A DNA stretch of 64,000 nt, taken from Flavobacteriales bacterium. GTDB taxonomy: Bacteria; Bacteroidota; Bacteroidia; Flavobacteriales_D; Sanyastnellaceae. The notes under the pieces are model-generated. The model did not search any database. It was not told the DNA's origin and saw only the letters and a list, made by a program, of their open reading frames with translations. Positions within the stretch are counted from its first letter, which is position 1, and the number at the start of each line of letters is the position of its first letter. Of the stretch, positions 27,045-35,994 are shown piece after piece. The position numbers were made by a program, and so were the translations under genes. Where the stretch lies: NCBI GenBank assembly GCA_049610985.1, contig JBMZAB010000005.1, forward strand, positions 12,587 through 76,586, in the 5' to 3' direction.

Positions 27045-27056
27045 ATCCAGATTCAA
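27006..27056 (-). pseudogene. orphan 3' remnant of a dockerin-tail gene (LNLDLLQFLAAFGQPC*)
   Basis: The minus-strand frame is closed by an in-frame TGA at 27057-27059, so only 16 codons plus the stop remain. The last 12 codons and stop are nucleotide-identical to the end of the 10044-11216 gene. Confidence 0.6.
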
Positions 27057-27180
27057 TCAACCATGATTTATTCAAGCGGACTTGACCTCAATGGGCGAGC
27101 TGTCAAGTTGGCAGGACAGAGCAAGCATCTTCCGCCTGATGCTGCGCTCACCAGATTGAACGAAAGCCGTCGTCAACGCC

Positions 27181-27214
27181 AAAAAAAATCCCGACCTCAC
27201 TGGCCGGGATTTTT
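27181..27214 (-). terminator. rho-independent terminator of the 2379-aa gene
   Basis: Minus strand AUCCCGGCC-AGU-GAGGUCGGGAU forms an 8-9 bp stem including a G.U pair, followed by U8. It lies 67 nt after the stop codon at 27281-27283. Confidence 0.65.
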
Positions 27215-27280
27215 CATCCTTTCGTCTAGCCTTCGCTGAGCGAGGTCAAGATTCAAGAATTCAACACTCGCTCGCTGCGC

Positions 27281-30200
27281 TCACTCGGCATCCTGGATGC
27301 AACGAACAGACATTCCCTCTCCCCCCGCAGAACTCACCGAGATAGTCGTAAAGGCGCTATGTAGTCCTCGGAACATGCCGCCGTTGCCTACGGGCGAAGA
27401 AGTCCACCAGCTCGCTACGGTTCCTGCACCATGGCTGCCATTGGCATCCTCGTATCCGGCTGGCAAACCAGCAAAACCACTCGTATTTGTGCCGTTCCAA
27501 GCGGGGTTATCACTTGGTGAGGCTTTCAATTGAGTGCCTTGGTCGGTGCCTCGCCAGGCCCCGCTGTTGGCTTCTGCCTCAGTCATGCCCAAAGCAAATT
27601 CCAAGGTTAACCAGTCTTCATGCGACGGAACGTGCCAGCCGCTCGGACACAGACCACGGGCATCGTCCACGGCGTTCCAATTGTAAAGGCGGCCGTAAGT
27701 CTCAAGAAGTGAAGCATCGTCATTGTACACTGCAACAGCTCCAGACGACATATTCATCCACTCGCTTTGGCTCACGTTTGAAGAAATAGCATCGCCATTC
27801 TCATAGTTCTCGCTGCGGAGGTTCTCAGCAAACCAGCATTGGTCACCGATCAGCACCGTGGCGTAATCGTAGCCCTGGTAGGAAAAAGGGTCGCCGCAGG
27901 ACAAAGACTCAGCCGGACAACTGGATGACCAATCAAATTCCCAGTTCTCGTTTGACGAGAATGCCGAATGAATGCTGCATTTGTTTTCATCAGAGAGGGA
28001 GTTTTCAGCTCCAGACATCATCGCTTCCATGTTTTCCACATTCGAAACGTCCCAGCCAGAGATGTCCTGGTCGAAAACGAGACCGGCGTCGGCGTAAAAC
28101 ATGGCCCCCATGGACACCACATTGGAAACGTCCCAGCCTCCGATTGGCTGATTGAATGAGTAAGCATCCTTGAACATGGAAGTCATATCGGTCACATTGG
28201 ATACATCCCAGCCAGAAATGTCACTGTTGAACTGAAAGGCTCTGTGGAACATGTCCCGGGTGTTGGTCGCACTCGAGACATCCCAAGAGGAAAGATCTCT
28301 GTTGAAGATTTGAGCATCATCAAACATCCAGGTGAAGATTTCGACCGACGACACGTCCCACCCGGACACGTCTCCATTGAAAGAGTGGCATCCAATAAAA
28401 TGGTGATTCATGTTGGTCACATTGCTCACATCCCAATTCTCCAATCCCTCACCTGTGAATGATCCGCAGCTCCTGAACGCATTGTCCATGCTTGTCACAT
28501 TGGAGACATCCCAATCTCCAAGGTTCTGATCAAAAGAGCTACACCACACAAACATGGATTCCATGCTTGTAATACCTGACACGTCCCAACCACTTATGTC
28601 AGCGTTGAAATCATAACAATCCCAGAACATTTGTGTCATATCCGTCACGCTGCTGACGTCCCAATCGGAAATGTCAGCATTGAAACTTTCACATCCTCTG
28701 AACATTCGGTGCATGTTGGTCACATTGGATACATCCCAGCCAGAAATGTCCGCATTGAAGTTGGTGTGAGCTGTCGAACAATCCCATTCGCATCCAAAGA
28801 GCATGACCATGTTCGTAACAGCACTCACGTCCCAGTCTTCAATTGGACCATAAAGGGCTGCTGCCTCAGCTTGGTCATCGTACCAGAGGTCGACCGCACT
28901 GTGGATGTTGTCATTGGTCAACTCCACCAGGTCAGGCCCGTTGTTGAAGTCAATCACCCAAGGGCAAACGTTGCCCCACAACTGGAAGAAGTCGAGGAGG
29001 TCATTCACGTCCACTTGACCGTCACCGGTGAAGTCGCCTGGACAAGGCTCGAGGTAGTCACACTCGCCTGGGTAGTTGGCAGAGGCGTCGAAGTTCAAGG
29101 CCGTGTCGTCCTGACATCCGATGTAGAGACAAGCATCATCTCCGCTGCCGTCGGCGTACTGGTCGTAGTTGATCGCCGCTTCGTCGCTGCAACCTGTGGT
29201 CAAGCAGCTGAAGTCGCAGCTCTCGTCGTCGATGGTTGCTTCAGGATCGAAGTTGCACGCGTCAGCGTACATACAACCTCCGTACAAGCAAGAACCGTCG
29301 TCTACGTTGGCCTCGTCGTCGTAGTTGGCCGCCGCTGGATCGGTGCAACCGACAGCCTCACAGCCGTCAGGCACTCCGTTGCCATTGGCATCGAACTCTG
29401 GGAAGATGTTGCCGTCGCAGTCGAACGCCACAATCATGACAGGATCGTACCCTCCAGTTTCCTCATTGAATTCGAAACAAGGCACAGCATCGACGTACTC
29501 GCAGCTTCCGTCGTCAACGGTGACGTCTGAGTCGTAGTTGCAGGCGTTGAAGCCACCAAATGGGTTCAATGAAGCATCCATGCATCCGAAAACATCTTCT
29601 TCGTCACAAATGCCGTCATTGTTGAAGTCGTTGTAGCACTCTCCATCGCAGTTGCGCAACTCGTCCTCGGAGTAAGTGCAAGACCCGTCGTCGTAAGTGG
29701 CATCTTCGTTGTAGTTGCAGGCTGCATACGTTCCATCTTCAGCCAAGCTGTCGTCGGTACATCCGCATGACGGCGCACCGAAGCTCAACGTCAAGTACTC
29801 AGCGTCTGCACCCACCCCGTTCGGGAAGACCTGCACATAGAGCTGACCAGTCAACGTTCCGTCGGTGGTCAACTGCGCGATCAACACGCGGTTGTCGTCA
29901 CCAGCCACACCGTTCGACAAGTCACTGAGGGTGAACCAGCTGGCTCCAAAGAATCCGCTGAGCTCGAGGTTTCCACCGGCTTCGAAATCGTCGGCCCAGG
30001 TGTCCCCTGCCGCAGCAGCCAATGTCACATCCTGCACGCTGTCGTCGCCTGCAGCAGGAGCCTGGTCAATGCCAATGGTCAACCAGCTGTCGTAGGCTGA
30101 GCTTGGGAACAACTCAAACAACAAGGGGTTGATCGCACCTGCAGTCACTCCGCCGTATTCGTCCTGGTAGAAGCTCGTGCTCGTACGCAAGTATGAGGGG

Positions 30201-33200
30201 TTGAATTCGTCACCTGCCACAGCTGACACGAAGTCGGTCGGACCTGGCGTGGTCACGTACAGGCGGTACGTGGTCATGCCTGCAATGCCGCCTACCGCGT
30301 GTTCCTCCACTGCGAGACCGAAGCCGTTTTGGCCACCGTCGCCGTCAAGGGCGCATGAGCAGTAGTCGCATGAACCGTCATCAATCAACGAACCGAGGGT
30401 GTAGTTGCATGCGAGGACGTCGGTGCATCCGAGGCAAGTCTCGTACTCACAAGAACCGTCTTCTTCTGTCGCATCAGCTGAGAAGTTGCAGGCACCTGCA
30501 TCTTGACATCCGTAGATTTCTTCGCAATCACGCACACCGTCACCGTCCGTGTCCACATCGTCGGTCACGTCAAGGCCAGCCAGAATCGCAGCCACGGCCT
30601 CTGCACCTGTGGTGTTGCACACCTCACAACCTTCCAATGGAATCACGGCTGGCTGCAAGTCGGTCACGCCTTCTACGTAGTTGCACGCAGTTGGCACCGG
30701 GCTACCCAAGATTTCGAGTTCGTCACACACCCCGTCGCCGTCGGCGTCGTTGATGCACGTCTCTCCATCGCACTCGTAGAATTCGGGAGCGTAGTAGCAC
30801 GCCAACTCAGAGGCGGACACCATCACTTCAATGGAGCCTTCAGAACCGGACACAGAGAACCCCGACACATTGTCCCCATCCACGATGGTCATCTCAGCAC
30901 CGTTCCAGCCGTCGCCGTAAGAGTCGAAACCTTCGATGGTGTAAGAACCGCCGTCCAATGCAATGAATCCATCGAATGGAGCCCCGTAGGTTTCACCGTT
31001 CAACGTCCAAGAAATTTCTGAAGGCCATGAACCTGCAGTCAAAGCAATGCTCAACCCTGAGGCTGGTGCTGGGTCTGTTGCTTCCGGGTTGTAGTTGCAA
31101 GCCATTTCGTCTTGACATCCCTCCACTTCACACACGTCGTTCACACCATCTCCGTCAGAATCGAGGTCAGTCAAGCCACCATCTTCAGTGCAGAAGAGAC
31201 AGTTGTCGGCATCCTCGAACAAACAGCCCGCGGGGTCCACCATGACGTCAATTGAACCTTCACTTCCGCTCACGGAGAACGAAGAAGAGTTTGAAGGGTT
31301 GTTAGCGTCCACGATGGTCATTTCCGCACCGTTCCAACCATCTCCGTATGAATCGAAGCCAGCAATGGTGTATGCACCTTCGTCAAGGGCAATGAACCCT
31401 TCAAATGGTGCACCATATTCTTGGCCGTTCAATGTCCATGTGATCTCAGAGGCATAGGATCCTGCAGTCAAAGAGATGTTCAAGCCAGAAATAGCGTCAT
31501 CTGTGGCTGCAGGGCTGTAGTTGCACGCGGACTCGTCCTGGCAACCGGCAATCTCCAATTCATCGCAGACACCATCGCCATCAGAATCGTTCAAACAGCT
31601 GCCGTCACAGTCATAGTGCTCCTCAGCATATTCACAAAAATCGGCGTCGGTGGCCTCAGGGTTGTAGTTGCATGCGGTGTCATCTTGGCAGCCCAACACC
31701 TCCAATTCGTCACAAATTCCATCGCTGTCCGCGTCGTTCAAACAAGGACCACCGCAGTCATAGAATTCAGCGGCGTACTCGCAAGAACCATCTGAAGTGT
31801 TTGCTGCTCCGTCGTAGTTGCACGCAATCGGATCGGTACAACCTGGAACCTCATCGCAATCATTGATGCCGTCGCCGTTCGAATCGACTGGGACAGATTC
31901 ACCATCAACACATTCTTCGCAACCTGGGAATGGGACATCGCAGCTGCCATCGTCGCCACAAGCTCCCGCGTCATAATTGCAAGCTTCAGGGTTGGTGCAA
32001 CCGAGGTAACCGTCTCCACCGCAAACGCCACACGCATCGAGCACATTGCCGTCGCAGTCGCAAGCTGTTTCTTCAAAGCCAGAAGCGTAAATGCCGACCT
32101 CAGCAATGTGAAGCACGTTGCATCCATAAGATGCGCCAGGGCGCACAATGCGTACAACAGAACCAACCAATGGGGTAGGACACACTGCCAAAATGGGAGC
32201 GTTGATGTCATCACCAAGGGTCAAGTTATCTGCGCAAACAACTCCATCAACTTCAACACGAGCTCCATTGATACGCTCGTGACAACAGTCTTGGCGAGGA
32301 GTAATGCTAACTTCTGTCACCTCTCGGTCACCTCCCAAGCTGATTTGCCACCACTGGTCACCGTCTTGACCGCAATCAGTGTGATTGAAAGTGTTCAGGT
32401 CTCCATCAACAGCGTTGGATGCTGGTTCAGCTGTGGTGCTCTGGTCGGCTGTGGAAGCGTATGCGCTCAAGTCAAGCCAGCTGTAGTCACCAAAACCTCC
32501 TTCAGGAAGATCGGAACAGCCGCACTCGTAGATCGCGCCCGGACCGTTGCACACGCCGCAGTCGTCGTAAGCACCAACGCAGTCGTCCACGTCGTCGCAG
32601 GTGCCGTCGCTGTCCGCATCGGCTGCACAAGCACCGCCACACAATCCAATGGCGTCAAGCTGGTTGCCATCGCAGTCGCAGTCACCCTCTGGGATGTCTG
32701 CGCAACCGCACTCGTAAATCGCACCCGGACCGTTGCAAATGCCGCAATCGTCATAAGCACCAACGCAATCGTCTACGTCATCACAGATGCCATCGCTGTC
32801 CGCATCGGCTGCACAATCACCGCCACACAAGCCAATGGCGTCAAGCTGCAAGCATGAACCGTCTTCGTTGTTGGCCTCAGGGTTGAAATTGCAGGCTGTC
32901 TCGTCCATGCAACCACAGACGGTCACGATGTTCGGGAATTCACCTTCTCCCTCAAAGTCGACCGACTTTTGGATTTGGTTCTGACCGTCTCCCAGAGGGA
33001 AAATTTGGTAATTGAGGGTTCCTGAGATGGGGCCTGCCGTGGTGATCTGGGCGATCAACCAGCGCCCGTCGGTTGGAAGGGCGTTGGCAGCTGTGTTCAA
33101 AACGTACCAAGACGCCCCTGTGAGGGTGTTCACGTTGAAGCCAGTGCCTCCAGATTGGAAGTAAGCGCTCGGGCTAGGTGAGAGAGATGCGTCCTGCACG

Positions 33201-34420
33201 AGTGAAGGATCTTCTGCCCCTGGCACTTCTGCTGCTGGACCAGCAAGTCCAATTGTGGCGAAACTGTCAAACGCCAAATCTGGAAAGAAAGCCAAAAGAC
33301 CAGCACTCAATCCGGATGCATTCCAAGAGCTGTTGAAGGCATCGTTATAAATGCCTTCAGGCGTATTGATTATCAAAGGCTTCTGGTCGTTTCCGAACAC
33401 CGCAGAGATTTTGTCGGTCGCGTCTTCTGCATTCACGTAGAAGCGGTAAGTCGTGCCGAGATCTCCCACGTTGTAAGACTCCACAGTCAACTTGTACCCG
33501 GGGGTGAGCATTTCAGCGGCTGCGGGAACACAAGCGTCCTCGTCGTCGCAAATGCCGTCTCCGTCTGCGTCCAAAATGCAGTTGCCTTCGCAATCACGGG
33601 CAAAAGCAGGCAAGGTTCCCGCACAATCGCACGCACCTTCTGGGATGCCAGGACCATTAGGGACTCCACATTCATCGGCACAACTAGAGTTATCTCCGTT
33701 CGGGACTCCACATTCATCGGCACAGCTAGAGTTATCTCCGTCGCAAACACCACATTCATCGAGTTCGCCGGCGCATGGATCTTCTACCTCATCTCCCACG
33801 AAATTCCAAGTTTGCTGAATTTGATCAGCTCCGTCTCCGAGAGGGAAGATTTGGGCGTTGAGGGTACCAGAAATGTCACCCGCTGTCGTGATTTGTGCAA
33901 TCAACCACCGACCGTCTGTTGGCAGAGCGTTGGCAGCAGTATTCAAAACGTACCAAGACGCCCCTGTGAGGGTGTTGACATTCAATTCGGTGCCGCCGGC
34001 CTGAAAGTAGCCGCTCACTGTAGGAGACAGGGATGCGTCTTGAACCAATGATGGATCTTCAGCACCTGGCACTTCTGCTGCAGGCTGAGAAAGACCGATT
34101 GTGGCATAGCTGTCGTCGGCGAGTTCTGGGAAGAAAGCCAAGAGACCAACACTCAATCCAGATGCGTTCCAAGCGCTGTTGAAGGCATTGTTGTAGATGC
34201 CTGAAGGGGTTGACAGAATCAAGGGATTCTCGTCGTTGCCAAAGATGGCAGACAACTTGTCGGTGGCATCGTTCGCTTCGATGTAGAAACGGTAAACAGT
34301 GCCTTCTTCTGGAAGGACGGCAGCTGATGTCTCAATCGACATGCCATATTGCGCGTTGGCGCCCATGAATGGGGCCAATCCGAGCAGAGCCATGAGGGCG
34401 TAGCAAAGGTTCGTTCGCAT
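27281..34420 (-). CDS. giant mosaic secreted/surface protein (2379 aa)
   Basis: Uninterrupted 7.1-kb ORF with signal [24 protein letters not shown]. Order of parts: unknown domain A x2, Cys/TSP3 modules, F-type lectin, ACNY modules, DSYGDGWNG domain x2, domain A copy 3, ACNY modules, internal dockerin-like loop, BspA LRRs, Fib_succ_major. Confidence 0.9.
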   Translation of the reverse strand: MRTNLCYALMALLGLAPFMGANAQYGMSIETSAAVLPEEGTVYRFYIEANDATDKLSAIFGNDENPLILSTPSGIYNNAFNSAWNASGLSVGLLAFFPELADDSYATIGLSQPAAEVPGAEDPSLVQDASLSPTVSGYFQAGGTELNVNTLTGASWYVLNTAANALPTDGRWLIAQITTAGDISGTLNAQIFPLGDGADQIQQTWNFVGDEVEDPCAGELDECGVCDGDNSSCADECGVPNGDNSSCADECGVPNGPGIPEGACDCAGTLPAFARDCEGNCILDADGDGICDDEDACVPAAAEMLTPGYKLTVESYNVGDLGTTYRFYVNAEDATDKISAVFGNDQKPLIINTPEGIYNDAFNSSWNASGLSAGLLAFFPDLAFDSFATIGLAGPAAEVPGAEDPSLVQDASLSPSPSAYFQSGGTGFNVNTLTGASWYVLNTAANALPTDGRWLIAQITTAGPISGTLNYQIFPLGDGQNQIQKSVDFEGEGEFPNIVTVCGCMDETACNFNPEANNEDGSCLQLDAIGLCGGDCAADADSDGICDDVDDCVGAYDDCGICNGPGAIYECGCADIPEGDCDCDGNQLDAIGLCGGACAADADSDGTCDDVDDCVGAYDDCGVCNGPGAIYECGCSDLPEGGFGDYSWLDLSAYASTADQSTTAEPASNAVDGDLNTFNHTDCGQDGDQWWQISLGGDREVTEVSITPRQDCCHERINGARVEVDGVVCADNLTLGDDINAPILAVCPTPLVGSVVRIVRPGASYGCNVLHIAEVGIYASGFEETACDCDGNVLDACGVCGGDGYLGCTNPEACNYDAGACGDDGSCDVPFPGCEECVDGESVPVDSNGDGINDCDEVPGCTDPIACNYDGAANTSDGSCEYAAEFYDCGGPCLNDADSDGICDELEVLGCQDDTACNYNPEATDADFCEYAEEHYDCDGSCLNDSDGDGVCDELEIAGCQDESACNYSPAATDDAISGLNISLTAGSYASEITWTLNGQEYGAPFEGFIALDEGAYTIAGFDSYGDGWNGAEMTIVDANNPSNSSSFSVSGSEGSIDVMVDPAGCLFEDADNCLFCTEDGGLTDLDSDGDGVNDVCEVEGCQDEMACNYNPEATDPAPASGLSIALTAGSWPSEISWTLNGETYGAPFDGFIALDGGSYTIEGFDSYGDGWNGAEMTIVDGDNVSGFSVSGSEGSIEVMVSASELACYYAPEFYECDGETCINDADGDGVCDELEILGSPVPTACNYVEGVTDLQPAVIPLEGCEVCNTTGAEAVAAILAGLDVTDDVDTDGDGVRDCEEIYGCQDAGACNFSADATEEDGSCEYETCLGCTDVLACNYTLGSLIDDGSCDYCSCALDGDGGQNGFGLAVEEHAVGGIAGMTTYRLYVTTPGPTDFVSAVAGDEFNPSYLRTSTSFYQDEYGGVTAGAINPLLFELFPSSAYDSWLTIGIDQAPAAGDDSVQDVTLAAAAGDTWADDFEAGGNLELSGFFGASWFTLSDLSNGVAGDDNRVLIAQLTTDGTLTGQLYVQVFPNGVGADAEYLTLSFGAPSCGCTDDSLAEDGTYAACNYNEDATYDDGSCTYSEDELRNCDGECYNDFNNDGICDEEDVFGCMDASLNPFGGFNACNYDSDVTVDDGSCEYVDAVPCFEFNEETGGYDPVMIVAFDCDGNIFPEFDANGNGVPDGCEAVGCTDPAAANYDDEANVDDGSCLYGGCMYADACNFDPEATIDDESCDFSCLTTGCSDEAAINYDQYADGSGDDACLYIGCQDDTALNFDASANYPGECDYLEPCPGDFTGDGQVDVNDLLDFFQLWGNVCPWVIDFNNGPDLVELTNDNIHSAVDLWYDDQAEAAALYGPIEDWDVSAVTNMVMLFGCEWDCSTAHTNFNADISGWDVSNVTNMHRMFRGCESFNADISDWDVSSVTDMTQMFWDCYDFNADISGWDVSGITSMESMFVWCSSFDQNLGDWDVSNVTSMDNAFRSCGSFTGEGLENWDVSNVTNMNHHFIGCHSFNGDVSGWDVSSVEIFTWMFDDAQIFNRDLSSWDVSSATNTRDMFHRAFQFNSDISGWDVSNVTDMTSMFKDAYSFNQPIGGWDVSNVVSMGAMFYADAGLVFDQDISGWDVSNVENMEAMMSGAENSLSDENKCSIHSAFSSNENWEFDWSSSCPAESLSCGDPFSYQGYDYATVLIGDQCWFAENLRSENYENGDAISSNVSQSEWMNMSSGAVAVYNDDASLLETYGRLYNWNAVDDARGLCPSGWHVPSHEDWLTLEFALGMTEAEANSGAWRGTDQGTQLKASPSDNPAWNGTNTSGFAGLPAGYEDANGSHGAGTVASWWTSSPVGNGGMFRGLHSAFTTISVSSAGGEGMSVRCIQDAE
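27284..27898 (-). other. Fib_succ_major (Fibrobacter succinogenes major paralogous) domain
   Basis: [11 protein letters not shown]...[10 protein letters not shown]...[13 protein letters not shown]...[12 protein letters not shown]...ASWWTSS...GMSVRCIQD follows the family's ordered motifs. Confidence 0.85.
28001..28918 (-). other. BspA-type leucine-rich repeats (DUF285-like), about 10 units
   Basis: Repeated [15 protein letters not shown] units, preceded by the typical ...[34 protein letters not shown] leader. Confidence 0.85.
28964..29044 (-). other. internal copy of the dockerin-like Cys-framed loop
   Basis: [27 protein letters not shown] (residues 1793-1819). The same motif is strictly C-terminal in three other genes of this window. 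Confidence 0.8.
32081..32458 (-). other. F-type lectin (fucolectin/FTP, F5/8-type-C-related) domain
   Basis: [16 protein letters not shown]...[37 protein letters not shown]. The R-x-D-x4-R motif is exact (RQDCCHER), with a His 29 residues upstream. Confidence 0.75.
32498..32845 (-). repeat. tandem duplication of a 54-aa Cys/TSP3 module (period 186 nt)
   Basis: [49 protein letters not shown] occurs twice (32684-32845 and 32498-32659), joined by DCDCDGNQ. Confidence 0.9.
33661..33744 (-). repeat. 42-nt in-frame tandem duplication
   Basis: 33661-33702 and 33703-33744 are identical up to the unit's last few bases, except one a/g at 33683/33725. They encode (N/D)[13 protein letters not shown] twice. 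Confidence 0.9.
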
Positions 34421-34484
34421 GATGAGATAATTTTATTCACCCTAAATATACGACGCAATCTCGAGAAAAGTTCCACTGAGCTCA

Positions 34485-34524
34485 AAAAAATCTTGATTCG
34501 TCGGGAAAAAATCCAAATTCGTCG
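34485..34524. promoter_or_regulatory. two 19-nt direct repeats (AAAAAATC-n4-TTCGTCG), 21-nt period, in a divergent promoter region
   Basis: 34485-34503 aaaaaatcttgattcgtcg and 34506-34524 aaaaaatccaaattcgtcg lie between the giant gene start (34420) and ffh (34611). A TATATTTA box (34450-34443, minus strand) sits about 23 nt upstream of the giant-gene ATG. Confidence 0.2.
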
Positions 34525-34610
34525 CACGTGTCACAACGCATCCCGCGACAACTCTCTGTGTACCTTTGCCGCGGCCTTCGCGCCCCTGAATCACCCACTG
34601 ACCCCGAACG

Positions 34611-35942
34611 ATGTTTGAGAATTTGCAAGAACGCTTCGAGCGTGCATTCAAAGTCCTGAAAGGACACGGATCCATCACCGAAGTCAATGTCGGCGACACC
34701 TTGAAAGAGGTGCGTAAAGCCCTTCTGGACGCGGACGTCGACTTCAAGACCGCCAAGAACTTCATCAGAACGGTGAAAGAAGAGGCGCTGGGCCGGCAAG
34801 TGCTCACGGCGATTCAACCAGGGCAACTCTTGATCAAGATCACCCACGAAGAGCTGACCAAACTCATGGGCCAAGCGGCCGCGCCGCTGGAACTGAAAGG
34901 AAACCCCGCCACCGTGCTCTTGGCCGGATTGCAAGGGGCCGGAAAAACCACCCATGCAGGAAAGCTTGCCGCACGCATCGCCAAATCAGGCCGCAAGCCC
35001 CTGCTCGTCGCCTGCGACGTTCACCGCCCTGCAGCTGTGGACCAGTTGCACGTGGTGGGTGAGAGCGTCGGCGCCGACGTCTACTCGGAGCCTGGCGTGA
35101 AAGACGCGGTGGGCATCGCTCAGCGCGGCATGGCGAAGGCCAAGGCAGAAGGCTACGGCGCCGTCATCGTGGACACCGCGGGACGTTTGGCCATCGACGA
35201 GGTCCTGATGAAAGAGATTTCAGCCGTACGTGACGTGGTTCAACCGCAAGAGACGTTGTTTGTGGTGGACGCCATGACAGGCCAAGACGCAGTGCAAACG
35301 GCCAAGGCCTTCAACGACCGACTCGATTTCACGGGGGTTATCTTGACCAAACTGGACGGCGATGCGCGTGGGGGTGCCGCATTGAGCATCTATTCTGTGG
35401 TGGGCAAGCCGATCAAGTTTGTGGGCACCGGCGAGAAGATGGACGCCTTGGACGTTTTCCACCCCGAGCGCATGGCGGACCGCATCCTTGGCAAAGGCGA
35501 TGTGGTCTCGTTGGTGGAACGCGCCCAACAGGCCATCGACGAGAAAGAAGCCCAGCGCCTGGAAGCCAAGCTAAGGAAGAACACCTTCGACTTGGACGAC
35601 TTTTTGGCCCAAATCCAGCAGATCAAGAAAATGGGCAACGTCAAGGAGCTGCTGGGCATGGTCCCTGGCATGGGCAAGGCGCTGAAAGGCATCGACGTGG
35701 ACGACGACGCATTCGTGGGGATTGAAGCCATCATTCGGTCCATGACCCCCGCAGAACGCGCCGACCCGGGCATCATCAACGGCAGTCGCCGCAGCCGCAT
35801 CGCCAAGGGCAGCGGCAAGAGCGTCGAGGAAGTGAACCGGCTGTTGAAGCAGTTCCAGGACATGAAGAAAATGATGGGCATGATGGCCAAAGGTGGCATG
35901 CCCAACATTCCCGGCATGCGCATGCCAGGTCGACGCGGATAA
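34611..35942 (+). CDS. ffh: signal recognition particle protein
   Basis: GLQGAGKTTHAGKLA (P-loop), DTAGR, TKLDGD, and a Met-rich M-domain tail MKKMMGMMAKGGMPNIPGMRMPG. Confidence 0.95.
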   Translation: MFENLQERFERAFKVLKGHGSITEVNVGDTLKEVRKALLDADVDFKTAKNFIRTVKEEALGRQVLTAIQPGQLLIKITHEELTKLMGQAAAPLELKGNPATVLLAGLQGAGKTTHAGKLAARIAKSGRKPLLVACDVHRPAAVDQLHVVGESVGADVYSEPGVKDAVGIAQRGMAKAKAEGYGAVIVDTAGRLAIDEVLMKEISAVRDVVQPQETLFVVDAMTGQDAVQTAKAFNDRLDFTGVILTKLDGDARGGAALSIYSVVGKPIKFVGTGEKMDALDVFHPERMADRILGKGDVVSLVERAQQAIDEKEAQRLEAKLRKNTFDLDDFLAQIQQIKKMGNVKELLGMVPGMGKALKGIDVDDDAFVGIEAIIRSMTPAERADPGIINGSRRSRIAKGSGKSVEEVNRLLKQFQDMKKMMGMMAKGGMPNIPGMRMPGRRG

Positions 35943-35994
35943 TCCGGCGTCGAACAAAGCCCCTCGAGAGACCTAATATTACGACACCCCAAGC

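Noticed and set aside
27015-27239. 74-aa plus-strand ORF in the intergenic region downstream of the giant gene
   Set aside because: It spans the repeat relic and the terminator hairpin. It has no ribosome-binding context or motif, so the region is better explained as non-coding.
27241-27280. Imperfect inverted repeat (agcgag...ctcgct) just after the giant gene stop as an additional terminator
   Set aside because: The stem is only about 6 bp with a loop of about 22 nt and no U-tract. The strong hairpin plus U8 at 27181-27214 explains termination.
28964-29044. Calling the tails bona fide cellulosomal dockerins
   Set aside because: Only one Ca-loop/helix repeat is present (true type-I dockerins have two). 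The motif is Cys-framed, and no cohesin-like gene is visible. It is described as dockerin-like only.
27990-34350. Periodic repeats in the giant gene as a possible CRISPR or other non-coding array
   Set aside because: All repeats are in frame within one continuous ORF and encode recognisable protein modules. There is no spacer/repeat architecture and there are no cas genes.
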